In this document: positions 50,505 to 60,430 of the stretch, in pieces
Layout of the letters: each line of letters starts with the position of its first letter
How positions within the stretch are numbered: the first letter of the stretch is position 1
From: Octopus bimaculoides
Lineage: Eukaryota
Length of the DNA stretch: 64,000 nt
Reading direction: 5' to 3'
Assembly (NCBI RefSeq): GCF_001194135.2
Contig: NC_068993.1
Location: 53,245,564-53,309,563, forward strand
The notes under the pieces: generated by a model
What the model saw: only the letters and a program-made list of their open reading frames with translations
Databases searched by the model: none
What the model was told of the DNA's origin: nothing
Position numbers and translations under genes: made by a program

Positions 50505-53500
50505 GTATTTTTGTGTGCATGTGCATGTGTGTGTGTGCATGTATATATGTGTGTATGTGTGTGTGAGTATAACTGATTTTCTTTTTGAGATGACTACACA
50601 CTACATGTCTTACTTTGAAGCAATGGAAGTGAGTGAGAATGTTATAACTTAGTGTACATGAATGACAGAGTTGACAGTCAATCTCTGCCAAGCAGCTTCA
50701 CTCTACATACTTTAGCTCTGCTACGATAACAACAGTCCTGATACTCTTTCATCAGAAATCGTATATACGTATATGATAAGCATTGTTCAGTTTCCATCTT
50801 CCAAACGCACTGGCTATGCTTACCCTAGAAGACCCTTCTTACGCTGGCACTCAGAGGGACTGAATCAGAAGCTATGTGGCTGGTAGTAAAATCATGTCCA
50901 CATACTATCTTACATTTTACTGTATATATACTTGTTTATTTTATTATTTTTGTATATTTTTTCTTAGGACCTGAAGAAGAAACATGTCCAATGCTTGAAG
51001 ATGTGGAAAATAGAGAACAAAGCACAGAGCAAAAAAATATAAATCAAGAAGGTATGTATTCTTCAAATTCAGGAAGAAAATAATATATGATTAGAGGTAG
51101 ACTTGGTTTCTATTTTTCACAAGTAGAGAAATCCTAAAAAGATTAATGTATAGACTTGTTTATGAGTGTGTGTGTGTATTTGTGTGTGTATGTAGGTGTT
51201 AGAATATTTATAAATAATGTAATAATCTCCCTGTAATNNNNNNNNNNNNNNNNNNNNNNNNNNNNNNNNNNNNNNNNNNNNNNNNNNNNNNNNNNNNNNN
51301 NNNNNNNNNNNNNNNNNNNNNNNNNNNNNNNNNNNNNNNNNNNNNNNNNNNNNNNNNNNNNNNNNNNNNNNNNNNNNNNNNNNNNNNNNNNNNNNNNNNN
51401 NNNNNNNNNNNNNNNNNNNNNNNNNNNNNNNNNNNNNNNNNNNNNNNNNNNNNNNNNNNNNNNNNNNNNNNNNNNNNNNNNNNNNNNNNNNNNNNNNNNN
51501 NNNNNNNNNNNNNNNNNNNNNNNNNNNNNNNNNNNNNNNNNNNNNNNNNNNNNNNNNNNNNNNNNNNNNNNNNNNNNNNNNNNNNNNNNNNNNNNNNNNN
51601 NNNNNNNNNNNNNNNNNNNNNNNNNNNNNNNNNNNNNNNNNNNNNNNNNNNNNNNNNNNNNNNNNNNNNNNNNNNNNNNNNNNNNNNNNNNNNNNNNNNN
51701 NNNNNNNNNNNNNNNNNNNNNNNNNNNNNNNNNNNNNNNNNNATATATATATATCCATATATACATATATATATATACATATACACACTCATGCATATAT
51801 ATGCAGGTATGTATGTATATATATGCATATATGTATGTATATGTATAAAAATATACATATGATGAGTGTTGTTATAGCATGAGTTCCTCTGTAAGTTGGA
51901 ACATCACGGGGACTGATTGGGTATCTATGTAATAATAGAATATATCATAGTATAATATGCATATTGTATCTTAGATTTTAGTACATATGTTGCTGTTCAG
52001 TTCCTTATTTTTGTATATTTCTTGCTATATATTTTGGACTTAGCTGCTCGAAATCATTCTCTCAGGGCCTCACTGAGTAGATGACAATGAACCAAGATGT
52101 CTAATGATATGAGGTTCTTGAGAAGACTAGCTCACCTCAGTGAAACTGAGTTTTGATAAACCCATAATATCATTATCTACTCATAGATGATGATTGGTGT
52201 CTAACTCTGAGAGGGTCTGTGGATTACAAAAGTGATCATGTGAACCAGCCCAACTTGCTGTGTATTTATTTGGGAGTTTTCAGAATCAATCAGCAGATTA
52301 CTTTTCACAGAATTCTGAGGAATCATGTTGAATATGTGTTATAAAAGAAGCCATACATAGCTCATGAAAATTAATCAATAATTGTTAGAATGGTTTCAAC
52401 ATTATACAAAATTGATTATACTGAATAATGGTGAAACTATTGTAAATGACATATTAAAATGATTTCCTTACTCGATTCATCAATATTTGTCATTATATAT
52501 AATATGTGTGTTTGTGTATGTATCTTTTCTATTGCTTATTTCAGTCATTTGACTGTAGCCATGCTGGAGCACCCCAACCGCACCCCCTTGAAGAGATTTA
52601 GTCGAATGAATAAACCCTAATATATTTTTTTAAAGCCTGGTACTTATTCTTTCTTTCTTTGTTGCCAAACTGCAAAGTTATGGAGATGTACTCACCAACA
52701 CCAGTTGTCAAGTGGTGGTGATGGTGGGGACAAACACAAACACACATACACACACATAGGCTTGACAACTAATGTTCGTGTGCTTATGTCCCTGTAACTT
52801 AGTGGTTCGGCAAAAGAAACCAATAGAATAAGTACTAGGCTTACAAAGAATAAGTCTTGGAGTGGGGAGGGACGATTTGTTTGACTAAAGGTGGTGCTCC
52901 AGCATGGCTACAGACAAATGACTGAAACAAGTAAAAGAATATATATATATGTGTGATTTTATTAACTCTGATGAGAGAAATATAGAGTATTGCTATGGTT
53001 GGAGTTAGCTCGCCTATAGCAACTATATCTTTTCGAAACAGCCGTTAGACTTTATACATAAACTTTATACATGTTCCTGACTCTTTATGAATCATTTTAC
53101 ATCTGCTTTATCTTCCTCCTCATTCCGACTTCGCAAGTACATTTAAGGACTTACACTTTTTATCTATTTATATTGATGAATTTTTATGTGTTTTATAAAT
53201 TTTTATATGTGTATAAATTTTCGTGTATATGTATGTATTTATAGATTCTTAGAAATTTTTATGTCATATAGATGAATGCAACTATGTATGTAATTTGTAT
53301 ACCATGGAGAAATTCGTTAATATGGAATGAATGAATATATACATCGGCCTTTGAATTTGTCTTCTCCTCTCCTTAATTCATCATCATCATCATCATCATC
53401 ATCGTTTAACGTCCGCTTTCCANNNNNNNNNNNNNNNNNNNNNNNNNNNNNNNNNNNNNNNNNNNNNNNNNNNNNNNNNNNNNNNNNNNNNNNNNNNNNN

Positions 53501-56500
53501 NNNNNNNNNNNNNNNNNNNNNNAAGAAACAAGGAGAGAAAAAAATGTGTGTAGTGGCTAGCGATCTATCATGTATACACACACACACACACACACACACA
53601 TTATAAATGAAAGACTCCAATGTCTAGTATTCCAAGTTGCTTGCTTTCAGTCAAGCCTGTTTCTGTTTTCTTTTGAATATTCACTGTCTGAATATTTTTT
53701 CAAGTATGAAATGAAAGTTTGAAAGACATTCTTACCATTATGCTCTTTTGTTTAGAAACCATTTGAAAAATATATGTGAAATGGTTGCTTCAAGCTCACA
53801 CTCTTGATTTATTTTCCGGTTCTCTTGGTAATGTTATTATAAAAATGTCATAGATTCTACACAGTAGGAATCATGAAATTGTGCTGCTGCTTAAGCAATG
53901 TTCCAAAATAATCAATTTAAGTAATACATTTCATTAATGTCTTTAAAACCAATGTGTATGTATGTGGATGTTGATTTTGCATTGTCCTGTGCAGACACAT
54001 GTATGGAGAGATATGTACACTCATAGACACACATTTATACACAGAATTATATATACAAGTATACGTATACACACATGCATGAATACATATACTCACATAT
54101 AGACATGCAAACACACACACACACATTTAAACTTATATGAATAAAGTCTATCACTTAAACATTTCAAAAACTAAAAGATACTTAGCCACATGCATACAAA
54201 ACATAACGAATGCATTTGTCTTGTTCAAATTATTGGTGCCATGTGTCAAAATTCTCAGCTATTTGATCAAACAAAAGTCACACAGCATCTTTGATTTGAC
54301 ACTTCCTTTTCTGTAAAGTTGTGCACTATCTATAAAAGACCAGGAAATTTTGAATTTGTGAGGACTTGTCTCATGCATGAACCATATAAACTCTAACAAA
54401 GTTGTAGCACATTTCCTGTGGGTTTCATTGATCCACTATACATTTCAGGTTGATCACTGCTGTTTGATTCAACCTTTGCATTATTCTATTGACTTTGCCA
54501 GACAATTAACATATGAAGTGATTAAATGATTATATTTTCATTTTCTAAATGTTTCTTTTTTTATGTTTACAGATGTTGATGAACAGGATTCAGTTGATAT
54601 GAATGTTTTTTTTATTATAATCTAATGTCCTCTTTGTTGTTCTTCATTCTGTGAGCCAGCGCTACTCAAGTAGATTGATGGTGAAAGACATTCATCCCTA
54701 TGCAATCTTATGTTTTATTTTGTGATATTATATTTAAATCTAATGCATCAATTTTTTTATATGGTAGTGTATCATTATGTAGCAATTTGGTTACTGTTTC
54801 TAGCAAGTTGAATGACTGTAAAGACACCTTCAGTGACATATCCAGAATTTATGTTATACTCCAGAATTTACAATATATACTCCAGAATTTACGTTATACT
54901 CTAGAATTTACATTATACTAGAATTTACGTTATACTCCAGTTTCATTTTGATAGTAATGATTTAATGATTAAATTTTGGCTTTCTTTTATTAAATTTACA
55001 TGAACTTCAGTATGAAAACTAGATTTTCAAATTTATATAGATATATGTAATCATCTTAAGCATTGGATACCATGGACTACATTATTCAATGTGTCTTCTC
55101 TCTTTTAAGATTGTAGGACAGGATTAAGGTTAAAACCTCTGCAATTTACATGTCAACCCAACAAGTTTTCAGATATATTTAGTTTTCATTTAGTCTGAAG
55201 GAATGAACTATGTTTTACCTATTTATCTCGGAGGGAACAAGGCAGACTTTTCATGGTTGTCTGATCCACTAAAACTAGCTACAAAATCTGTTGGATGTCA
55301 ATCAAATCCAGTCACAAGGCTTTAGTCAGCCCAAGGCTATAGCAGAAGACATTTGCTCAAGGTGCCATGCAGGAAATCCTCGGAGTTTTCCAAGAAGTCG
55401 ATCTTAAATCCTCGGAACTTTCCAGGAAATCCTCAGAATTTCCCAGGAAGTAGATCTTATATCCTCGGAACTTTCCAGGAAATCCTCAGAATTTTCCAGG
55501 AAGTTGATCTTATATCCTCGGAACTTTCTAGGAAAGATTCGCTCATTAGTTGCTTGATCTTAATCCCTTGAGTATGTCCTTTAGTGGCTGAAAAGATGTG
55601 CATCTCTGATCATGAGCAGTAGTGAAGGAGCATCAGAGCAATGTGTTGAGAGGGGTTTCAATAACTGTAACAAAAACAAAGTTTGAATGAAATGTTAGCC
55701 ATTTTACATACTTTCTAGTGGTAAGCAAATAGGAAATACCAGTTGCTACCCAAGGACAAAAATGGTCTCACACAGTGTAATTGCATGCCTATATCCCTGT
55801 GTGCATGTGTGTGTGTCTGTTTGTTTGTTTTATCAATTGAAAATGTAATTAATTTTTTATCTACAGCAAGAGCATTACATAAGTTTTAATTTATTCAATT
55901 GAGTGTTTATGCATGTTGTGTTGCGACTATGCACATTGCGATTGTGTGCGTATTTGTGTTGTCGTTATTATTTGTCTGTTGTGTTTGTGCATTGTAAAGG
56001 ATATGTATTTGTGTTGTTTGCTGTGAGTTGTATGTTAATATTTGTATATTTAGCATGAGTATGCATCCATTATCAACTCTCCCTATCACTCATGCACACA
56101 CACACTCACTCACACACACATGCATTTATTCATGATCCTGCATAGATGTATTTATGCATGCACATTAGCACATTGCAAGCATCAATAAGTGCAAGCCCAT
56201 ACAAATATGAAACATGTTTGTATGCCTATATGGATACGCTTGTCTACTTTCAGAAGCTTACCTTTCATACACATACATATGCGCACATGTGCGGCATTCC
56301 TGCACACACATGCATACTGACACACAAAATAGAGACTCAAATGTTTCTATGTATGTGCTCTCAGTGCATGTACTCATATTTTCATATGGATGCACACACG
56401 ACAAATTCTAGTTCAATCACAAGTTGATGAAATGCAAGATGATTAATGTGACTTACATTGAAAACTAAACAAATGTACTCTGTAAGTTGCAATAAAGCAA

Positions 56501-57085
56501 GGAATGAATTTGAACAAGATGAGATGAGACAAAGTAGGTAAAATAAACTGGTGTTAATTTTCAAAAAATGGTGATATGGAAAAATAACAGATGGTAAAAT
56601 AAATATAACCTTCCGTAATTTGCTTATGGTCAGCCACTGCATAGTGCTAATCAGTCACCATGTGGTGACTGAAATATGAGAGAAACAATCACTTTTTTCA
56701 GTTCACAGCACCACTCTGCCTCGTGTCTGTGACCGAAGAGGAGATAACTACTCCAAAATGCTTGCATCTCACAGTCCAGACAGGTGGCTCTGTGAACTGA
56801 TATTGGTGTATTAACACCATTCTGTCTACAGCAAGAAACTTTCCCTATGACAAAACACAGTGAATAGCTTATTTACGAGTCCAAATATGCATATTTGAAC
56901 TGATAATAACATTACATTTTTACATTATACACACACACACACAAATACATACATACACAGACACACACATATATATAATAATAATAAATTCATATATCCT
57001 TATATATATCTTAACAGAAACTAAAGAAACAGAAACAGATTCTGAGGCTAAATCCCCAAATAATGACGCTACACACAACCGTTAA
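25184..57085 (+). CDS. Unrecognised type I membrane protein (~455 aa): signal peptide, TNFR-like Cys module, 5 mini-sushi/CCP-like 6-Cys modules, poly-Ile TM, acidic tail
   Basis: Exons 25184-25192, 29723-29787, 30862-31010, 32836-32982, 33681-33830, 35939-36085, 38795-38941, 40677-40826, 44049-44120, 47927-47989, 49905-49970, 50274-50324, 50968-51051, 57018-57085 join into one 1368-nt frame with no internal stop; every junction is GT-AG and phase-compatible. Extra exons may be hidden in N-gaps. Confidence 0.8.
25841..25984. mobile_element. hAT MITE with 8-bp target-site duplication
   Basis: 15-bp TIR cact(c/a)gcgtagctag (14/15); TSD atggcatt at 25833-25840 and 25985-25992. Confidence 0.88.
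26845..27046 (-). mobile_element. tRNA-derived SINE family 1
   Basis: Reverse complement of the 29851 copy head. Confidence 0.8.
27800..28015 (+). mobile_element. SINE family 2, 3' half
   Basis: Matches the reverse complement of 19583-19790. Confidence 0.75.
28072..28458 (+). mobile_element. tRNA-derived SINE family 3, full length
   Basis: A-box tggcgcagtgg, B-box ggtttcgattcc, (CAA)n tail. Confidence 0.88.
28510..28858 (+). mobile_element. hAT (Buster/Charlie-like) 5' end fragment
   Basis: Terminal-like caccaaactacggtccgc...ccggcccgc and N-terminal peptide [23 protein letters not shown]. Confidence 0.7.
29211..29263 (+). repeat. Degenerate interstitial (TTAGGG)n
   Basis: tttagggttttagggttagggttcgggttagggatttagggttagagttag. 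Confidence 0.85.
29723..29787 (+). CDS. Signal-peptide exon [21 protein letters not shown](W)
   Basis: ttccag|ccc acceptor, tg|gtgagt donor; hydrophobic h-region followed by small polar residues. Confidence 0.7.
29851..30085 (+). mobile_element. tRNA-derived SINE family 1
   Basis: A-box tggcagaatcgttag, B-box gagttcaaattcc; inserted in an (ATT)n tract; a partial second copy follows at about 30108-30250. Confidence 0.85.
30862..31010 (+). CDS. Cys-rich N-terminal module [49 protein letters not shown]
   Basis: ttttacag|g acceptor, g|gtatgt donor; 6 Cys in a CC-x-C...C...C-x-C pattern. Confidence 0.8.
31738..31857. repeat. 26-bp tandem repeat, about 4.5 copies
   Basis: tttgcaagacatctaagaccttgttg at 31741, 31767, 31793, 31819, partial at 31845. 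Confidence 0.95.
32836..32982 (+). CDS. 6-Cys module 1 (divergent) [48 protein letters not shown]
   Basis: ttcag|tg acceptor, g|gtaaaa donor; same Cys/Trp spacing as the four downstream copies. Confidence 0.85.
33681..33830 (+). CDS. 6-Cys module 2 (copy A) [49 protein letters not shown]
   Basis: ctccag|ag acceptor, g|gtaata donor, 150 nt, phase 1-1. Confidence 0.88.
34266..35826 (+). mobile_element. 5'-truncated RTE-clade LINE (ORF2 C-terminus, 3' UTR, GAT tail)
   Basis: [12 protein letters not shown]...[13 protein letters not shown]...LYDA...MLHGSETW...LCWYGHV...[13 protein letters not shown], with stops; (GAT)n tail. Confidence 0.93.
35939..36085 (+). CDS. 6-Cys module 3 (copy B) [48 protein letters not shown]
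   Basis: same splice signals, 147 nt, phase 1-1. Confidence 0.88.
38795..38941 (+). CDS. 6-Cys module 4 (copy C) [48 protein letters not shown]
   Basis: same splice signals, 147 nt, phase 1-1. Confidence 0.88.
40100..40500 (-). mobile_element. Gypsy LTR retrotransposon integrase C-terminal remnant
   Basis: [51 protein letters not shown] (GPY/F module). Confidence 0.85.
40677..40826 (+). CDS. 6-Cys module 5 (copy D) [49 protein letters not shown]
   Basis: ctccag|ag acceptor, g|gtaata donor, 150 nt, phase 1-1. Confidence 0.88.
42340..42743. mobile_element. RTE ORF2 fragment (+) fused to an inverted RTE 3' UTR (-)
   Basis: [37 protein letters not shown] followed directly by the reverse complement of the 3' UTR. 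Confidence 0.8.
44049..44120 (+). CDS. Transmembrane exon 1 [24 protein letters not shown]
   Basis: ttttagtttcag|at acceptor, gcag|gtttgt donor, 72 nt, phase 1-1; contains (ATT)9. Confidence 0.7.
46700..47125 (-). mobile_element. Tc1 transposon 3' fragment with TIR
   Basis: ta|caggggttggacaaaataatggaaacacc TIR; [15 protein letters not shown]...GGPTPY* (DD34E C-terminus). Confidence 0.9.
47160..47510 (+). mobile_element. CRE-like non-LTR element, restriction-like endonuclease C-terminal remnant
   Basis: [21 protein letters not shown]...RLAEVTG...[18 protein letters not shown] resembles the RLE motif KY...F.P.A.ETLG...QRISLAIQRGNA. Confidence 0.7.
47927..47989 (+). CDS. Transmembrane exon 2 / stop-transfer [21 protein letters not shown]
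   Basis: tctaag|gt acceptor, g|gtgaga donor; hydrophobic end followed by RRNK. Confidence 0.75.
49905..49970 (+). CDS. Cytoplasmic exon [22 protein letters not shown]
   Basis: ttcttag|at acceptor, g|gtgaga donor, phase 1-1. Confidence 0.72.
50274..50324 (+). CDS. Cytoplasmic exon [17 protein letters not shown]
   Basis: ttttgaag|gt acceptor, g|gtatgt donor, phase 1-1; paralogous to the 3' half of the next exon. Confidence 0.65.
50968..51051 (+). CDS. Cytoplasmic exon [28 protein letters not shown]
   Basis: ttcttag|ga acceptor, g|gtatgt donor, phase 1-1. Confidence 0.72.
52964..53050 (+). ncRNA. Hammerhead ribozyme-like motif (probably a degenerate Penelope-type minimal HHR)
   Basis: CTGATGA at 52968-52974, ~20-bp stem II (52975-52998 with 53014-53034), GAAAC at 53035-53039, 4-nt loop, GTT triplet at 53044-53046; stem I only 2 bp. 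Confidence 0.55.
54841..54940. repeat. About 20-bp tandem repeat (tccagaatttacgttatac)-like, about 5 copies
   Basis: Direct inspection. Confidence 0.85.
55371..55536. repeat. Two-subunit tandem repeat, period about 53 bp, 3 copies
   Basis: Alternating aggaaatcctcagaattttcc and aggaagtagatcttatatcctcggaactttcc. Confidence 0.85.
57018..57085 (+). CDS. Last coding exon [22 protein letters not shown]
   Basis: ttaacag|aa acceptor, phase 1, TAA at 57083-57085, donor gtaagt at 57099 just after the stop. Confidence 0.62.
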
Positions 57086-57744
57086 CAATTACTTAACTGT
57101 AAGTATGAATCCATTTTAATGTTTTCTCTATATTCAAAATGAGTTTGGAAAAGGAAATTTGGGCGTTTTCAAATAGGGCATGGAAAATGGACTCAAATGA
57201 AAGAAAAAAAAAATGAAAGTGTGTGTATATACATATATATAATTTACCTTAAAAACATATTTATATATATACTAAATAATTTCAGCTTAAAACATATATA
57301 CTAGTGACCAACGAGGAAGAACTTAATGTACGACAACAGAAATTGAGTAGGGACTCCTTCATGCACTACGACAGAAATTATGAAAAAAAACCTTTTTCTT
57401 TCGCTCCATCTTTTTCTCTTTCTCCTTTTTTTTTTATAAAGACTCAACATGACTGAACTTTCAATCATGTATGTTTGTTTTATCTTCAGTAGAAATTCAA
57501 ACTTATATTACTGTCTATGTCTGTGAAACTCATCCAAAATTCTATGAGCATTTGAACACTTGAACATTTAAAAATATTTCTTCAAGTTTTCCCTTGTAAA
57601 TTTGAACCGTCTTAAACCCCTAATTTATTTATTTTCATCATTGATAAACAAAAGATTGCTGAAACCGGTTTGGTATTTGAATAAATTACGAAATATAAAA
57701 ACAAGTACACGTTTTTAGATTAAAGAGTATTTTCAAACTACAAA

Positions 57745-57797
<53 letters not shown>

Positions 57798-58590
57798 TGT
57801 CATATAGACATATAAGAAATTGAGTGGGACTGGAAATACCATCTGTCTCCTGTTCCTTCTTGCACTTTTGCTGTTTGTCACACTCTCTTTCTTTCCCTTG
57901 CTCTTCTCTCTGGTTGGGTAGCCATGTATCTCCCCTACAGCAGCACACCTGTTTCTGCCCTCATTCTTGATCACACTCTCTCTCTCCTTCTCTTGCTTTT
58001 CTCTCTGCCTGGGTAACCAAGTATCTCCTTTACACCAGTACACCTGTTTCTGTCCTCTTTCTTGTACCACTTGCTCACTCTTTCTTCCTCTTCCTCTCTC
58101 TCTTCTTCTCCCTCTCCCTCTCTTTCTCTCTGGCTGGGTAACCATGTACCTTTTCTATAGCAAAACACCTATTTCTACCTCTGTTTCTCTGTCACACTTT
58201 AACCTTTCATCATCCAACTCAAGATCCCCTCCCCTCTCAAAATTCCTTGTCTTGCAAGTTACTCGTTGACCCTGCTGGTGTTGGTGCTGGTGCTGCCATG
58301 TAAATCTCTTCCAGTCCAAACTGCAAAATGGTTGGCATTTGGAAGGTCAAAACTGACCTCACCTGTGCTGGTGCCATGTAAAAGGTACCCAGTCCACTCT
58401 GTGGAGTGATTGGTGTTAGGAAGGTCATTCAACCATAAAAATCCTATCAAAACAGACACAGTAACCTGGGGTAGTCTTCTACCTGGCCAGCTCCTGTCAA
58501 ACTGGCCTACTCATGCATGCATGGAAGATCGATGTTAAACAACAACGATGATGATGATGATAAAGCTGATGATATATATATATATATAAA

Positions 58591-58654
<64 letters not shown>

Positions 58655-58661
58655 TAGGGGG

Positions 58662-58765
58662 TGAAGGCGCATGGCTCAGTGGTTAGAGTGTCGAGCTTAC
58701 GATTGTGAGGTTGTGAGTTTGAATCCCAGACCGGGCTGCGTGTTGTGTTCTTGAGCAAGACACTT
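58662..58765 (+). mobile_element. tRNA-like SINE head, truncated
   Basis: A-box tggctcagtgg, B-box gagtttgaatcc, followed by ttgagcaagacactt core motif. Confidence 0.65.
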
Positions 58766-58819
58766 ATAAATAATTAATTTCATTAAATTAAATAAAAACT
58801 ATGTTTATTAGAATTATCT

Positions 58820-59187
58820 ATTCTCTCTCATAAAGAGGTTCGTCTTCTTGGCTGTAGTTTCTGGCTCTGAATTTCTGGAACCACTGTTGACACTGGCTTA
58901 CGCTTATTGTCTGATGCCCATATACTGCATTAATATTCCTCACACTTTCCATTGTGTTGTTGCCTTTATTGAACTCATAAAGCAAACTATGCCGAATATG
59001 CTCCTTTGTCACTTCCATTATAGCTTTGAAAAAATAACTGTTAAAATCGAACTGCACTCTTCAAAACTTGCACTAAGAATAAATACTTGGTTAGATTACT
59101 ACCTGCTTTTAAAGCAAGTTGACGCAGGTAGTTTATCTTTTAGTTCATGCAGTTGATAAAACCGCATTATTTATGGGATGATCCAAT
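58820..59187 (-). mobile_element. Mariner family B 5' fragment with TIR
   Basis: MEVTKEHIRHSLLYEFNKG...QWFQKFRARNYSQEDEP (mariner HTH); TIR ends accgcattatttatgggatgatccaata. Confidence 0.88.
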
Positions 59188-59999
59188 ACTTGTCAAGCAG
59201 ATTTCATAACATCAAAAATTTAGAGGAAGTGATATAATTAATGTAATTTAGAAGGAATTCTCTGATCTTTTGTCAACATCTAAACAGAAAACAAATGTTG
59301 ACACTAAAATATTCCCTCAAAAACTAATTTCATCTCCAAATCCAAATTTTATGTTTTATCTTTTTCTTGTTTCAACCACTGAATTATGGCCATACTAGAA
59401 CATTGCTTTGAGGATGATTTTTTTTTTGTTTTGTTTTGTTTTATTATCATGAATATATATCAAATGAATTTTTTCATTTTCTTTTACAGACTAGAAAATA
59501 ATTCTTCAAAGATTGATGTGTTCAGACAAATGTCTACTTCATTTAGTTCCTGCATTACATGCTGATCTTCAATCACTTAAAAACTGTTTGGTTGTAAACA
59601 GTCTTTCTACTGTGTTAAACTTTATTAAGGGTGTAGATACAGTGATACCTCACAGTACAAGTTTAATTCATTCCATGACTGAGCTTGTGTTATGATTTAC
59701 TCATTTTACTAATCAATTTTCTCCATTGAAATTTATTAAAATATATTTAATCCATTCCAGCTTAAAAAAAAAAAAAAACACCCAAATCATTTTTGTGGGT
59801 TTTGAAACAGAAAAGGAGCAGTTACAAGGCAATTATAAGAATATAATAAAAAGAAATATGTCAACTGGTTTTATTAATTTAATTACCTTAAAGATGGGAC
59901 AATTTTTGTGTGAGAAAGATGATGGAGTAGGGAGGAGGTGGATTATTATCTGGAAGGAAAACCTCCTGCCATTACGACTTCCAGAAGAACAGTTTCCAG

Positions 60000-60430
60000 C
60001 GTTTTCTCTCTCACTTCACATTCAGTTAGGCTTTTTGGACACACTTTCTTCACTTTTCACACTTGCAGGTCGTTTCACTAGAAACATATCAAGAAAAGCC
60101 TGCTTTTTCCTGATTTTCAAAATGTTACAAAAATGTACCAGAGCAGCGTCATTATATGAAGTAGCTGCATGACTTGTAGATACTTTTTCAGGATAATATT
60201 TTTCTACAAATTCAGAAACATACTGCCACTTTGCCAACACTGCCCTTATGTCACTCGTAGAGATAACCTTCTCTGCTACACTGAATTCCTCTGGGAACAA
60301 AATCTCTTCCACTGCATCCAAATGCTGCTGTTCCTGAAGCTGCAGGAGTTCATCTGTCATCAACTCCTTTGAATGTTCCTCAACAAGATCGTTAATGTCC
60401 CCATTGTCAACCTCTAGGCCCATGAACTTA
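60000..60430 (-). mobile_element. Tigger/pogo transposase C-terminal remnant
   Basis: MGLEVDNGDINDLVEEHSKELMTDELLQL...FVEKYYPEK...HFCNILKIRKKQAFLDMFLVK. Confidence 0.8.
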
